From: an uncultured Bacteroidales bacterium
GTDB taxonomy: Bacteria > Bacteroidota > Bacteroidia > Bacteroidales > SZUA-534
Length of the DNA: 32,671 nt
NCBI GenBank assembly: GCA_964424425.1
Contig: CAYRJP010000001.1
Location: 9,782-42,452, forward strand
Direction: 5' to 3'
Shown here in pieces: positions 21,837-30,661 of this stretch. Position numbers and translations under genes: made by a program. The notes under the pieces were generated by a model. The model saw only the letters and a program-made list of their open reading frames with translations. It had not been told where the DNA came from and ran no database searches. Numbering within the stretch: the stretch's first letter is position 1; every line of letters starts with the position of its first letter.

Positions 21837-22142
21837 TCAAACTTTAATTTCTACTTCTACTCCGCTGGGAAGTTCAAGTTTCATCAATGCATCTATTGTT
21901 TTAGCTGTTGAACTATAGATGTCTAACAATCTTTTGTAAGAAGATAATTCAAATTGCTCTCTTGATTTTTTATTAACAAAGGTAGAGCGCAATACTGTAA
22001 AAACTCTTCTATGAGTAGGCAACGGTATAGGACCGCTAACAACTGCCCCTGTTGTTTTTACAGTCTTAACAATCTTTTCTGCTGATTTGTCAAGCAAGTT
22101 ATGATCGTAAGACTTTAATTTAATTCTAATTTTTTGGCTCAT
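21837..22142 (-). CDS. rpsJ: 30S ribosomal protein S10
   Basis: [38 protein letters not shown].....[14 protein letters not shown]....KRL.DI. Confidence 0.97.
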   Translation of the reverse strand: MSQKIRIKLKSYDHNLLDKSAEKIVKTVKTTGAVVSGPIPLPTHRRVFTVLRSTFVNKKSREQFELSSYKRLLDIYSSTAKTIDALMKLELPSGVEVEIKV

Positions 22143-22155
22143 TTTATATCTGTCT

Positions 22156-24264
22156 TTATAGTAATTCTACTTTTCCTTTTACTTCTTTAAGAACTTCTTC
22201 GGCAATATTTTTAGGAACTTCGGCATAATGTGAAAATTCCATTGAAGAAGTAGCTCTTCCTGATGTAATAGTTCTTAATACTGTAACATAACCAAATTTC
22301 TCAGCCAATGGAACTTTTGCTTTTACAACTCTTGCTCCGGCTTTAGCTTCCATTCCTTCAACTTGACCTCTACGTTTGTTAAAATCGCTGATAACATCAC
22401 CCATATACTCTTCGGGTGTTACAACTTCAGCATGCATAATTGGTTCAAGTAAGATAGGCTTAGCTTTTGCTGCTGCTGTTTTAAATGCTTGGCGAGCACA
22501 AATTTCAAATGAAAGTTGGTCTGAGTCAACAGGGTGGAAAGAACCATCAAATAATTCAACCTTTAAACTGTCAACGGAGAATCCTGCCAAAGGTCCGTTT
22601 TTCATGGCTTCTTTAAAACCTTTTTCTACAGCAGGAATATATTCTCTCGGTATATTACCACCTTTAATAGAATTTATAAATTGTAAACCTTCTTCACCTT
22701 CATCGGCAGGTGAAATACGAACCTGAATATCGGCAAATTTACCACGACCTCCGGTTTGTTTTTTAAATATTTCACGATGCTCAACAGTAGTAGTAATAGC
22801 TTCTTTATAAGCTACTTGAGGCTTACCTTGATTTACTTCTACTTTAAATTCACGCTTTAAACGATCAACAAGTATTTCAAGGTGAAGTTCACCCATTCCG
22901 CTAATAACGGTTTGTCCTGAATCTTCATCTGTTTTTAATTGGAAAGTAGGATCTTCTTCTGCTAATTTAGCTAAAGCTACATCCAATTTATCCATATCCT
23001 TTTGTGTTTTAGGCTCAATAGCCACACTAATTACAGGATCGGGGAAAGTCATACTTTCTAATGCTATAGGATGTTTTTCATCGCATAAAGAATCTCCTGT
23101 TCTGATATCTTTAAAACCTACTGCTGCACAAATATCTCCTGCTTCAACAACATCAATAGGGTTTTGTTTGTTGGCATGCATTTGATAAAGACGTGATATA
23201 CGTTCTTTTTTCCCTGTGCGAACATTATAAACAGTAGAACCTGCTTCTAATTTACCACTATAAACTCTCATAAATGCCAAACGACCAACATAAGGGTCGG
23301 TAGCAATTTTAAAAGCTAAAGCAGCAAACGGCTCGGTTACTTCAGGTTTTCTTAATTCTTCTTTATCTGTTTTAGGATTAATGCCTTCTACGGCATCAAT
23401 ATCTAACGGACTTGGCAAGTAAGCTATTACAGCATCTAACAGACGCTGAACTCCTTTATTTTTAAATGCAGAACCACACATTACGGGAACAATAACCTGC
23501 TCTATTGTAGCACGACGAATTACTTCTCTCATTTCGTCTTCAGTTATTGATTCCGGATCTTCAAAATATCTTTCCATTAATGTATCATCAAGCTCTGCAA
23601 CAGCTTCAATTAGTTTTTCTCTCCATTCGGCAACAGTATCAACCAAATCATCAGGGATAGGCACATACTCATAGCGAGCACCCATTTTCTCATCATCGTG
23701 CCAAACAATAGCTTTATTTTCAATTAAATCAATCACGCCTTTAAAATCAGCTTCAGCACCAATTGGTATCTGAATAGGCATTGGATTTGCATTTAATCTT
23801 TCTCTGATTTGAGAAACTACAGAAAAGAAATCGGCACCTACTCTATCCATTTTATTTACAAATGCAATACGAGGAACCTTATATTTATCGGCTTGACGCC
23901 ATACTGTTTCAGATTGTGGTTCAACACCACCCACTGCACAATAAACAGCTACAGCACCATCAAGAACACGTAACGAACGCTCTACTTCTACGGTAAAGTC
24001 AACGTGTCCGGGTGTGTCAATAATATTAATTTTATGTTCTACATCTTGATACTTCCAAAAGCAAGTTGTTGCTGCTGAAGTAATAGTAATACCCCTCTCT
24101 TGTTCCTGCACCATCCAATCCATGGTTGCAGCACCATCGTGTACCTCTCCTATTCTATGTGTTAAACCGGTATAAAACAGAATACGCTCAGTTGTTGTGG
24201 TTTTACCCGCATCAATATGAGCCATAATTCCGATATTCCTGGTTAATTTTAAATCTCTTGCCAT
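22156..24264 (-). CDS. fusA: elongation factor G
   Basis: 702 aa. G1 [28 protein letters not shown]. Domain IV/V signatures. Position rpsG-fusA-rpsJ. Confidence 0.98.
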   Translation of the reverse strand: MARDLKLTRNIGIMAHIDAGKTTTTERILFYTGLTHRIGEVHDGAATMDWMVQEQERGITITSAATTCFWKYQDVEHKINIIDTPGHVDFTVEVERSLRVLDGAVAVYCAVGGVEPQSETVWRQADKYKVPRIAFVNKMDRVGADFFSVVSQIRERLNANPMPIQIPIGAEADFKGVIDLIENKAIVWHDDEKMGARYEYVPIPDDLVDTVAEWREKLIEAVAELDDTLMERYFEDPESITEDEMREVIRRATIEQVIVPVMCGSAFKNKGVQRLLDAVIAYLPSPLDIDAVEGINPKTDKEELRKPEVTEPFAALAFKIATDPYVGRLAFMRVYSGKLEAGSTVYNVRTGKKERISRLYQMHANKQNPIDVVEAGDICAAVGFKDIRTGDSLCDEKHPIALESMTFPDPVISVAIEPKTQKDMDKLDVALAKLAEEDPTFQLKTDEDSGQTVISGMGELHLEILVDRLKREFKVEVNQGKPQVAYKEAITTTVEHREIFKKQTGGRGKFADIQVRISPADEGEEGLQFINSIKGGNIPREYIPAVEKGFKEAMKNGPLAGFSVDSLKVELFDGSFHPVDSDQLSFEICARQAFKTAAAKAKPILLEPIMHAEVVTPEEYMGDVISDFNKRRGQVEGMEAKAGARVVKAKVPLAEKFGYVTVLRTITSGRATSSMEFSHYAEVPKNIAEEVLKEVKGKVELL

Positions 24265-24299
24265 CTTATTTAATCTCTCTCTCTATTTCTGTAAATATA

Positions 24300-24776
24300 T
24301 TAGAATCTGAAATGTGAAAATGCTTTGTTAGCCTCAGCCATTCTGTGTGTTTCTTCTTTCTTTTTAAATGCTCCACCCTCTTCGTTGTGTGCAGCAATAA
24401 TTTCGGCGGCTAATTTTTCAGACATACCTCTACCGCTACGCTTACGAGCAAATAGTATCATATTTTTAATACTGATAGAAACTTTACGTGAATCACGAAT
24501 TTCCTGAGGTATCTGAAATGTTGCACCTCCAACACGACGACTACGAACCTCTACTTGAGGAGTCACATTTTGCAATGCTTTTTTCCAAATATCAAGTGGC
24601 GACAATTCGCTGTCTTTCATTTTCTTACCCACTAACTCTAATGCATCATAAAAAATTTGATAAGACAAATTTTTCTTTCCGTCAACCATTAAGTCATTTA
24701 CAAAACGAGTAACCAATGTATCGTTAAATTTTGGATCCGGTAATAATATCCGCTTCTTTGGTTTTGCTTTTCTCAT
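24300..24776 (-). CDS. rpsG: 30S ribosomal protein S7
   Basis: [30 protein letters not shown]..., ...[19 protein letters not shown]. Confidence 0.97.
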   Translation of the reverse strand: MRKAKPKKRILLPDPKFNDTLVTRFVNDLMVDGKKNLSYQIFYDALELVGKKMKDSELSPLDIWKKALQNVTPQVEVRSRRVGGATFQIPQEIRDSRKVSISIKNMILFARKRSGRGMSEKLAAEIIAAHNEEGGAFKKKEETHRMAEANKAFSHFRF

Positions 24777-24797
24777 CTCTATTCTGTATAAAATCTG

Positions 24798-25172
24798 TTA
24801 TTTCTTAGGTTTTTTTGTACCATATTTTGAACGTCGTTGTGTACGTCCTTCAACACCTGATGTATCAAGAGCACCACGTACAATATGATAACGAACTCCC
24901 GGAAGGTCTTTTACCCTACCGCCTCTAATTAACACTATTGAGTGTTCTTGCAAATTATGTCCTTCACCGGGAATATATGAGTTAACCTCTTTCCCGTTGG
25001 TTAAACGAACTCTTGCTACTTTACGCATAGCCGAGTTAGGTTTCTTCGGTGTAGTTGTATATACACGTGTGCATACGCCGCGTCGTTGCGGACATGAATC
25101 TAATGCCGGAGCCTTACTTTTTCTTTTAAGGTCGGTTCTTCCTTTTCTTACTAATTGTGATATCGTTGGCAT
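24798..25172 (-). CDS. rpsL: 30S ribosomal protein S12
   Basis: [12 protein letters not shown]..., [68 protein letters not shown]. Wild-type lysines are present at the classical streptomycin-resistance positions. Confidence 0.98.
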   Translation of the reverse strand: MPTISQLVRKGRTDLKRKSKAPALDSCPQRRGVCTRVYTTTPKKPNSAMRKVARVRLTNGKEVNSYIPGEGHNLQEHSIVLIRGGRVKDLPGVRYHIVRGALDTSGVEGRTQRRSKYGTKKPKK

Positions 25173-25214
25173 ATTAAAAATTTATATTACATTTTACTCC
25201 ACAAAATCGGTTCG

Positions 25215-25222
25215 CAAAGGTA
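25215..25222 (-). promoter_or_regulatory. candidate -7 promoter box (TACCTTTG) of the rpsL-led ribosomal supercluster
   Basis: Plus CAAAGGTA = minus TACCTTTG, an exact match to TAnnTTTG, 43-50 nt upstream of the rpsL ATG and preceded (minus-strand sense) by T6 and A9 tracts. Confidence 0.4.
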
Positions 25223-25283
25223 AAAAAGTTTTTTTTTAATTCAATAAAACAATGCAAATATTTTGATTTTTAGGTAAAAAAGT
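25218..25283. repeat. two direct copies of AGGTAAAAAAGT, each followed by a T8-9 tract
   Basis: Perfect 12-mers at 25218-25229 and 25272-25283. An inverted partial copy, TTTTTTTACCT, lies at 25382-25392. AAATCGGTT is also repeated (25204-25212 and 25393-25401). Confidence 0.6.
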
Positions 25284-25336
25284 GTTTTTTTTAGGTATAA
25301 TGTGGCTTCTGAAACAGTTAATAATGTATTAGAAAT

Positions 25337-25379
25337 AAAAAAAATTTATGCTTTTTTTATTATTTTACATAAAAAGCAT
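25337..25379 (-). terminator. intrinsic terminator of the rsmA-mgtE-25965 operon
   Basis: Perfect 9-bp stem ATGCTTTTT (25348-25356) / AAAAAGCAT (25371-25379). On the minus strand it is followed by AAA then U8 (plus-strand A8 at 25337-25344). It lies about 70 nt below the stop at 25447. Confidence 0.7.
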
Positions 25380-25446
25380 CATTTTTTTACCTAAATCGGT
25401 TACTTATTTACTGATTATAATAATCTAAAAATATAATGAATCTCTT

Positions 25447-25965
25447 TTACTGTGAATCAGCGTTGTTTTGTCTTTTTTCTTGCGACTGATTATGGGTATC
25501 TGATTGTTGTTTTTGTTTTATGTTTCGTCTTCGATAAGATCTTCTTTTAGTTTGTTTACCTGCTTGTTTGTTTTCGGAAATTTCTTTTTCGTGAGAATTC
25601 TCTTTAAGTTCATCTTTATTTTTACTTAAAGGTTTATTCTTTTTTACTTCATTCTTTATGTTTTGTGTTTTTTTATTTTTTTCTCTTTTTAAGAATCTTA
25701 TCTCTTTCTCAAAAGTTGAGTTATACTTACTTATTGTTGTTGCAACATCGTCGCTCAAATTACTGAGATATGCCCGTGTCACTTTTTGATTGTGCGATAT
25801 TCTGAAATAATTCACAATAGACATCACTAATGCGGCTACTGCTATTACAAGAATTAGCAGTATTACAATTTGCATGTTTTCAGCATTTCCTGTATTTGAA
25901 GTTTGTGCAAATATATTTTTTGATATAATAATATATGTAATTAAGAAAAAAAGTTTTTTTATCAT
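25447..25965 (-). CDS. small membrane protein with signal peptide, one TM helix and a polybasic low-complexity tail
   Basis: MIKKLFFLITYIIISKNIFA|QT signal-like N-terminus, TM segment IVILLILVIAVAALVMSIV, then about 100 aa rich in K/R/N/Q/E. Starts 17 nt downstream of mgtE. Confidence 0.6.
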   Translation of the reverse strand: MIKKLFFLITYIIISKNIFAQTSNTGNAENMQIVILLILVIAVAALVMSIVNYFRISHNQKVTRAYLSNLSDDVATTISKYNSTFEKEIRFLKREKNKKTQNIKNEVKKNKPLSKNKDELKENSHEKEISENKQAGKQTKRRSYRRRNIKQKQQSDTHNQSQEKRQNNADSQ

Positions 25966-25982
25966 TTTAATTTTATTTTAAA

Positions 25983-27344
25983 TTATGAAAAATAAGAAAA
26001 AAATATTTGACCTATCCAAAAATAGATAAATAGCCCTGTCACATCGTTAGTTGTTGTGATAAATGGTCCTGTTGCCAAAGCGGGGTCTATTTTTATTTTA
26101 TTAAGAGCCAAAGGAACAAATGTTCCGAACAGCGAAGAGAATATTATTACCGAAAACAGTGCGGTGCTTACCGAAAATGTAAGTGCATAGGAATCGCTGG
26201 TAAGGAAATTGTAAATAAAAGCAAGTAATCCTAAAAACAATCCTGTAACTATCGCTACACTCAATTCTTTTAGTAGTTTTTTCATTGTAGTTTCAAGTCC
26301 CAGTGTTTTGTTTGCCAACCCTTGCACTATAATTGACGATGACTGAATACCAACATTTCCGCCGGTAGCGGTAATCATAGGAATAAAAAAAGCCATTGCG
26401 GGATAAAGACTTATTTCATCGCCGAAGTTTCCCAACACTCGTGCCGACAATGTTCCGCCAAATAGCCCGATTAACAGCCACGGAACTCTTGCTCGCGTAA
26501 GTTGAAAAACATTATCGGAAGCCTCAACATCGCTACTGATACCCGAAATCATCTGATAATCTTTTTCGGCTTCTTCTTTTATCACATCCACGACATCGTC
26601 GATGGTAATTCGCCCTTTGAGTCTGCCTATGCTGTCAACAACCGGAAGTGCCACAAGGTCGTATTTATCCATAATATTTGCAACTTCCTCTGACTTGGTA
26701 TCGGTTTTTACCATTATAATATCGGTATCGCAAATATCTTTAATATGTGTATCGCTTGAAGCAATAAGCAATTTTTTTAAAGGCAGAGTTCCTTTCAGCA
26801 TCTCACTATCGTCAACCACATATACAAAAAAGATATCGTCAACATCTTCGGCTTGTTTACGAATCTCTTCCATACATTTTGATACTGTCCAATTTTCGTT
26901 GACAGAAATAAGTTCGGTAGCCATTAATCCACCGGCAGTATCTTCATCGTAGCTCAACAAATCGACAATATCGCCCGCTTGCTCTACATCACTTACGTGA
27001 GATAATACTTCCTCCTGCTTTTCTTCGGGCAGCTCTCCGATAACATCGGCAGCATCGTCGGAATCCATATTATCAATAAATACCGATGCAATTTCTTTAC
27101 TTGACAAATGTTCAAGAAATTGTTCACGCACATCTTCTTCAAGTTCAACAAGCACATCGGCAGCATCTTCTTTGCCCAATTTTGAGTAAACATAATGGGC
27201 TTCATCAATTGTTAACTCATCAAAAACCTCCGCAATATCGGCAGGATGCAACTCTTTGATAAGTTCACGAACAATTTTATCGTCTTGCGATGCTATCGAC
27301 TCTTTTAATTTGTCAAGAAAATCTCGCGTTAATTCAAAATGCAT
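25983..27344 (-). CDS. mgtE: magnesium transporter MgtE
   Basis: MgtE N-domain (acidic helices), two CBS-like repeats and a C-terminal TM domain (...GGNVGIQSS..., ...ATGPFITTTNDVTGL...). I place the start at Met-14 (ATG 27342-27344, MHFELTRDFL...), which removes the overlap with rsmA. Confidence 0.93.
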   Translation of the reverse strand: MHFELTRDFLDKLKESIASQDDKIVRELIKELHPADIAEVFDELTIDEAHYVYSKLGKEDAADVLVELEEDVREQFLEHLSSKEIASVFIDNMDSDDAADVIGELPEEKQEEVLSHVSDVEQAGDIVDLLSYDEDTAGGLMATELISVNENWTVSKCMEEIRKQAEDVDDIFFVYVVDDSEMLKGTLPLKKLLIASSDTHIKDICDTDIIMVKTDTKSEEVANIMDKYDLVALPVVDSIGRLKGRITIDDVVDVIKEEAEKDYQMISGISSDVEASDNVFQLTRARVPWLLIGLFGGTLSARVLGNFGDEISLYPAMAFFIPMITATGGNVGIQSSSIIVQGLANKTLGLETTMKKLLKELSVAIVTGLFLGLLAFIYNFLTSDSYALTFSVSTALFSVIIFSSLFGTFVPLALNKIKIDPALATGPFITTTNDVTGLFIYFWIGQIFFSYFS

Positions 27345-27348
27345 TATT

Positions 27349-28140
27349 CTAACTGTTTTTATTTTCCGATAACATATTTTCAATTAAAACTGTCAGCTCA
27401 ATAAATTGTTCAACAGAAAGCTGCTCCGGTCGTTTTTTGAAAATATCATCTTGCGACTTCAAATTTAATAAAATTGGCTTTAAACTGTTAGATAAAGTTT
27501 TTCGTCGCTGATTAAAACTTGTTTTTACTATTTTAAAAAACAATTTTTCGTCACATGAAAGTTTATCTCTGTTATTACGTTTAATACGTATTACTGCCGA
27601 TTTAACTTTCGGTGGCGGACTAAATACATGCTCGTGAACAGTAAACAAATACTCTACGGTATAAAATGTTTGCAACAACACACTTAGTATTCCGTATGCT
27701 TTGGTTCCGGGATTTGATGCTATTCGCTCAGCTACCTCTTTTTGAAACATACCCACAAGCTGTGGAACTTTATCACGATTTTCTATTGCCTTAAAAAGTA
27801 TTTGACTTGATATATTGTAAGGAAAATTACCTATTATGTATATGTTCTCGGTAAAATATTTTTGTAAATCAAGTTTTAAGAAATCGCCTTCGATTATATT
27901 TTTTGTTAAATCAAAATAATTATCTTTTAAATATGCAACAGAATCTCGGTCAATCTCTACCACATATAATTTATCGGTATATTTTTTCAATAAATGTTCG
28001 GTAAGCACTCCCATGCCGGGTCCTATCTCCAACACATACCCGTCTATCTCTCCGATGAAACTATCGGCTATGTTTTTTGCTATATTTTTATCGGTCAAAA
28101 AATGTTGCCCAAGATGTTTTTTTGCTCTAACTTTATCCAT
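27349..28140 (-). CDS. rsmA: 16S rRNA (adenine1518/1519-N6)-dimethyltransferase
   Basis: ...[14 protein letters not shown]...[16 protein letters not shown]..., [13 protein letters not shown]. KsgA/RsmA signatures. Confidence 0.95.
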   Translation of the reverse strand: MDKVRAKKHLGQHFLTDKNIAKNIADSFIGEIDGYVLEIGPGMGVLTEHLLKKYTDKLYVVEIDRDSVAYLKDNYFDLTKNIIEGDFLKLDLQKYFTENIYIIGNFPYNISSQILFKAIENRDKVPQLVGMFQKEVAERIASNPGTKAYGILSVLLQTFYTVEYLFTVHEHVFSPPPKVKSAVIRIKRNNRDKLSCDEKLFFKIVKTSFNQRRKTLSNSLKPILLNLKSQDDIFKKRPEQLSVEQFIELTVLIENMLSENKNS

Positions 28141-28227
28141 TTAATAAAATTTGCCGCAATTTACATCAATTTATTTTAACCTTAAAAATTATTCAAAAAG
28201 ATTAAAGATTATAATATTATATTTATT

Positions 28228-28668
28228 AATAGTTCGTTAAATTTTTAGTCACAAATACTCAAATATATTGATTTATAAATAGTTAAATAATACAAAAATC
28301 ACACTGCCACCTATTTAATAATCAGCACATTACACATATATACAATGAACTATTAATTTATGAAAATGTCATTTTAAATATAACATCATGTATTTCACTT
28401 AACTCATCATTCATTATCAAAAAGCATTTATATGTAATTACTTTTTCGTATCTTGTAATTTTAAACTTATGTATATAATAAGCATTGCTTAATATTTAAA
28501 AATTGTAGCTAATTTATAATTTCTATCTCGTGAATAAAAAAACACAAAATATAATAGATAAAGAATTTAGTTTGTATTTTTTACTTTAAATCACTTTTAA
28601 TTAAAGCATTTCAAAATATTATTTTTTTTATTTATTAACTGTTTAACCTAATTTCACAACGAACTATT
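28228..28668. repeat. 11-bp perfect inverted repeat pair bracketing 419 bp of the leader of the 28742 operon
   Basis: AATAGTTCGTT (28228-28238) and AACGAACTATT (28658-28668). A third, direct copy of the core, CAATGAACTATT, is at 28343-28354 (compare CAACGAACTATT at 28657-28668). Confidence 0.55.
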
Positions 28669-28741
28669 GTAATATAAGATTATTTGAAATAAAATCTTAT
28701 TAAAACACATAATTATTTTTTATAATAAAATATTAACTAAT

Positions 28742-29269
28742 ATGACAAACAAAAAAAAAATTAAGAAATCTAAATTAATTTATACTGATTTAAATTTCGA
28801 TTTTTATGAATATGAAAAAATACTTTACCAATTATTTAACAATAAACTTGACAAGGAAATAGGTATTTCAATATCTCAAAATAGGTTTTCTTTTAACATC
28901 CCAGTTGAATACTTATATATTAAAGCTTTAAAGACAGAACAAAATAAAATTGTTGCTGCACTATCATTTAACACTAAACTTTACAAATATAAACAATTTG
29001 AAAAATTCGGATTTATCTTACCCCCTGAATTAGTTAATTCTAGCATTGAAGTAATAATTGCTTTTTCAATAGATAAAACAAATACATTTTATCTACTAAA
29101 TAAAATTAGAAATATTTTTAAAAATACCTTAATAAAATACAAAAAAACCAGCATAATTGCTACTGCTTCTGAGCATTTAATAAACTTTTATAAACGTATT
29201 GGATTTGAAGTAATTAATAAAAAAGTATATAAAGAAACAAATAAATTTTTATTACTATACAAAAAATAA
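28742..29269 (+). CDS. GNAT-fold-like acyltransferase, atypical (no recognisable Q/RxxGxG/A CoA loop)
   Basis: 175 aa. C-terminal GNAT motif-B-like ...IIATASEHLINFYKRIGFEVINKK. The preceding strand VIIAFSIDKTNTFYLLNKIR sits where the pyrophosphate-binding loop would be. Stop lies 2 nt before the next ATG. Confidence 0.5.
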   Translation: MTNKKKIKKSKLIYTDLNFDFYEYEKILYQLFNNKLDKEIGISISQNRFSFNIPVEYLYIKALKTEQNKIVAALSFNTKLYKYKQFEKFGFILPPELVNSSIEVIIAFSIDKTNTFYLLNKIRNIFKNTLIKYKKTSIIATASEHLINFYKRIGFEVINKKVYKETNKFLLLYKK

Positions 29270-29271
29270 TC

Positions 29272-30642
29272 ATGAAAGAAGATGTTTCTACTATTTTTAA
29301 AAAAGTAAGAAAAGCTCAATCCAGTCTAATGAGATTACATCAAAAAGAAATTGATGAACTTTGTGCTGCAATTATATGGGAAGCAGTTCAGGACGAATTT
29401 GTTAAAAAAATTACAAAATTATGTTTTAAAGAAACACAATTGGGAAATATACCAGATAAGATATACAAATTTCATAATAAACTTAGAGGTGTATTGTTTG
29501 AAATGCAAAGCGAAAAGTCTATAGACTTAATTCAGCATGACAAAAAAAAAGGGATAAAAATATTTGCTAAACCTGTTGGTGTTATTGTATCTTTATTACC
29601 ACTAACAATTCCTGACATATCTCCTTTTGTTAATGCTATTTCTGCTATTAAAGGAAGAAATGCTATCATTTTATCTCCACATCCAAAAGCTGTAAAAACA
29701 AATTCGTTAGCTGTTGGTAAAATTAAAGAAGTATTATTAAAACACAATATTCCTGAAAATTTAGTTTATACATTTAACAATATTTCTAAAGAATTTACAA
29801 ACAAACTAATGAAAACTGCAGATCTTGTATTGGCAACAGGAGGAAAAAAAATTATTAAAATTGCTCATAAATCAGGCACTCCTGTTTATGGAGCAGGACA
29901 GGGAAATTCTGTGTCAATAATTGATGAAACTGCTGACATAAACGATGCTGTCTCTAAAATAATAAAATCAAAAACATTTGATTTTGCAACCAGTTGTTCA
30001 TCAGAGAACTCTTGTATTGTTCAAGAAAATATTTACAATAAATTTATGGATTTAATGATTGAAAATGGTGCATATTTTTTAAATGCACAAGAAAAAGAAA
30101 AACTAAAAAAATGCTTATGGATAAATGGGAAGCTAAATCCAAATATTATTGCTAAATCTGCAAATAAAATTTCAAAATTTGCTGGTATTAATATACCTAA
30201 CAAAACTAAGATACTAATTGTAGAAGAAAGTGGTATTGGAGAACATTTCCCTTTTTCTGGTGAGAAATTATCAATTGTACTAACAATATATAAATATAAG
30301 TACTTTGAATCTGCTATAGATTTAGTAAACAAAATTACTAATTATCAAGGAGCTGGTCATTCTTGTGGAATTCACTCATTCAATGAAGATAATATTAATA
30401 AACTTAGTCAAAATGTAAATGTAAGCAGAATTACTATTAGACAACCCAATTCATTATCAAATAATGGCTCTTGGACAAATAATTTCACAATGTCAGTAAT
30501 TTTAGGATGCGGAACTTGGGGAGGAGGAATTTCAAATGATAATATCAACTGGAAACATATGATAAATTATACTAAAGTATCTTATCCAACAAAATCAAAG
30601 AAAGTTTCAGACCTTGAGTTGTTTGGTTTTAAAAACAAATAA
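29272..30642 (+). CDS. CoA-acylating aldehyde dehydrogenase, SucD (succinate-semialdehyde dehydrogenase, acylating)-like
   Basis: 456 aa. AKPVGVIVSLLPLTIP, AIKGRNAIILSPHPKA, LATGG, GAGQGNS, KTFDFATSCSSENSCIV (catalytic Cys context of the acylating SucD/AdhE-N/EutE class), ENGAYF, GAGHSCGIHS, LGCGTWGG. Collinear with my recollection of Clostridium kluyveri SucD. Confidence 0.8.
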   Translation: MKEDVSTIFKKVRKAQSSLMRLHQKEIDELCAAIIWEAVQDEFVKKITKLCFKETQLGNIPDKIYKFHNKLRGVLFEMQSEKSIDLIQHDKKKGIKIFAKPVGVIVSLLPLTIPDISPFVNAISAIKGRNAIILSPHPKAVKTNSLAVGKIKEVLLKHNIPENLVYTFNNISKEFTNKLMKTADLVLATGGKKIIKIAHKSGTPVYGAGQGNSVSIIDETADINDAVSKIIKSKTFDFATSCSSENSCIVQENIYNKFMDLMIENGAYFLNAQEKEKLKKCLWINGKLNPNIIAKSANKISKFAGINIPNKTKILIVEESGIGEHFPFSGEKLSIVLTIYKYKYFESAIDLVNKITNYQGAGHSCGIHSFNEDNINKLSQNVNVSRITIRQPNSLSNNGSWTNNFTMSVILGCGTWGGGISNDNINWKHMINYTKVSYPTKSKKVSDLELFGFKNK

Positions 30643-30661
30643 AATTTAAATATTAAAAATA

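Noticed and set aside
24798-25172. Checked S12 for classical streptomycin-resistance substitutions
   Set aside because: TTPKKPNSA and [13 protein letters not shown] both carry the wild-type lysines, so nothing is unusual.
8026-25239. About 25 antisense or alternative-frame ORFs of 60-116 aa across the ribosomal supercluster (e.g. 8026..8277, 8644..8946, 10174..10377, 11858..12040, 12392..12622, 14446..14797, 14996..15181, 15452..15646, 16552..16896, 17216..17469, 19063..19314, 20347..20547, 20897..21142, 21617..21805, 22376..22726, 24325..24712, 24997..25239)
   Set aside because: All are nested within or opposite universally conserved genes, and their translations are low-complexity (poly-F/S/L/I). 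These are shadow ORFs of purine-rich coding strands.
26502-27208. ORFs 26502..26693, 26602..26952 (+) and 26993..27208 (-) within mgtE
   Set aside because: They are nested in or opposite the conserved mgtE CDS, with no family resemblance.
27345-27383. N-terminal 13 codons of the tracked mgtE ORF
   Set aside because: They would overlap the 3' end of rsmA by 35 nt. The internal Met (MHFELTRDFL) gives a 4-nt intergenic gap and a normal MgtE N-terminus.
27994-28179. 61-aa plus-strand ORF overlapping the rsmA start
   Set aside because: It is antisense to the conserved SAM-binding region of rsmA and has no support.
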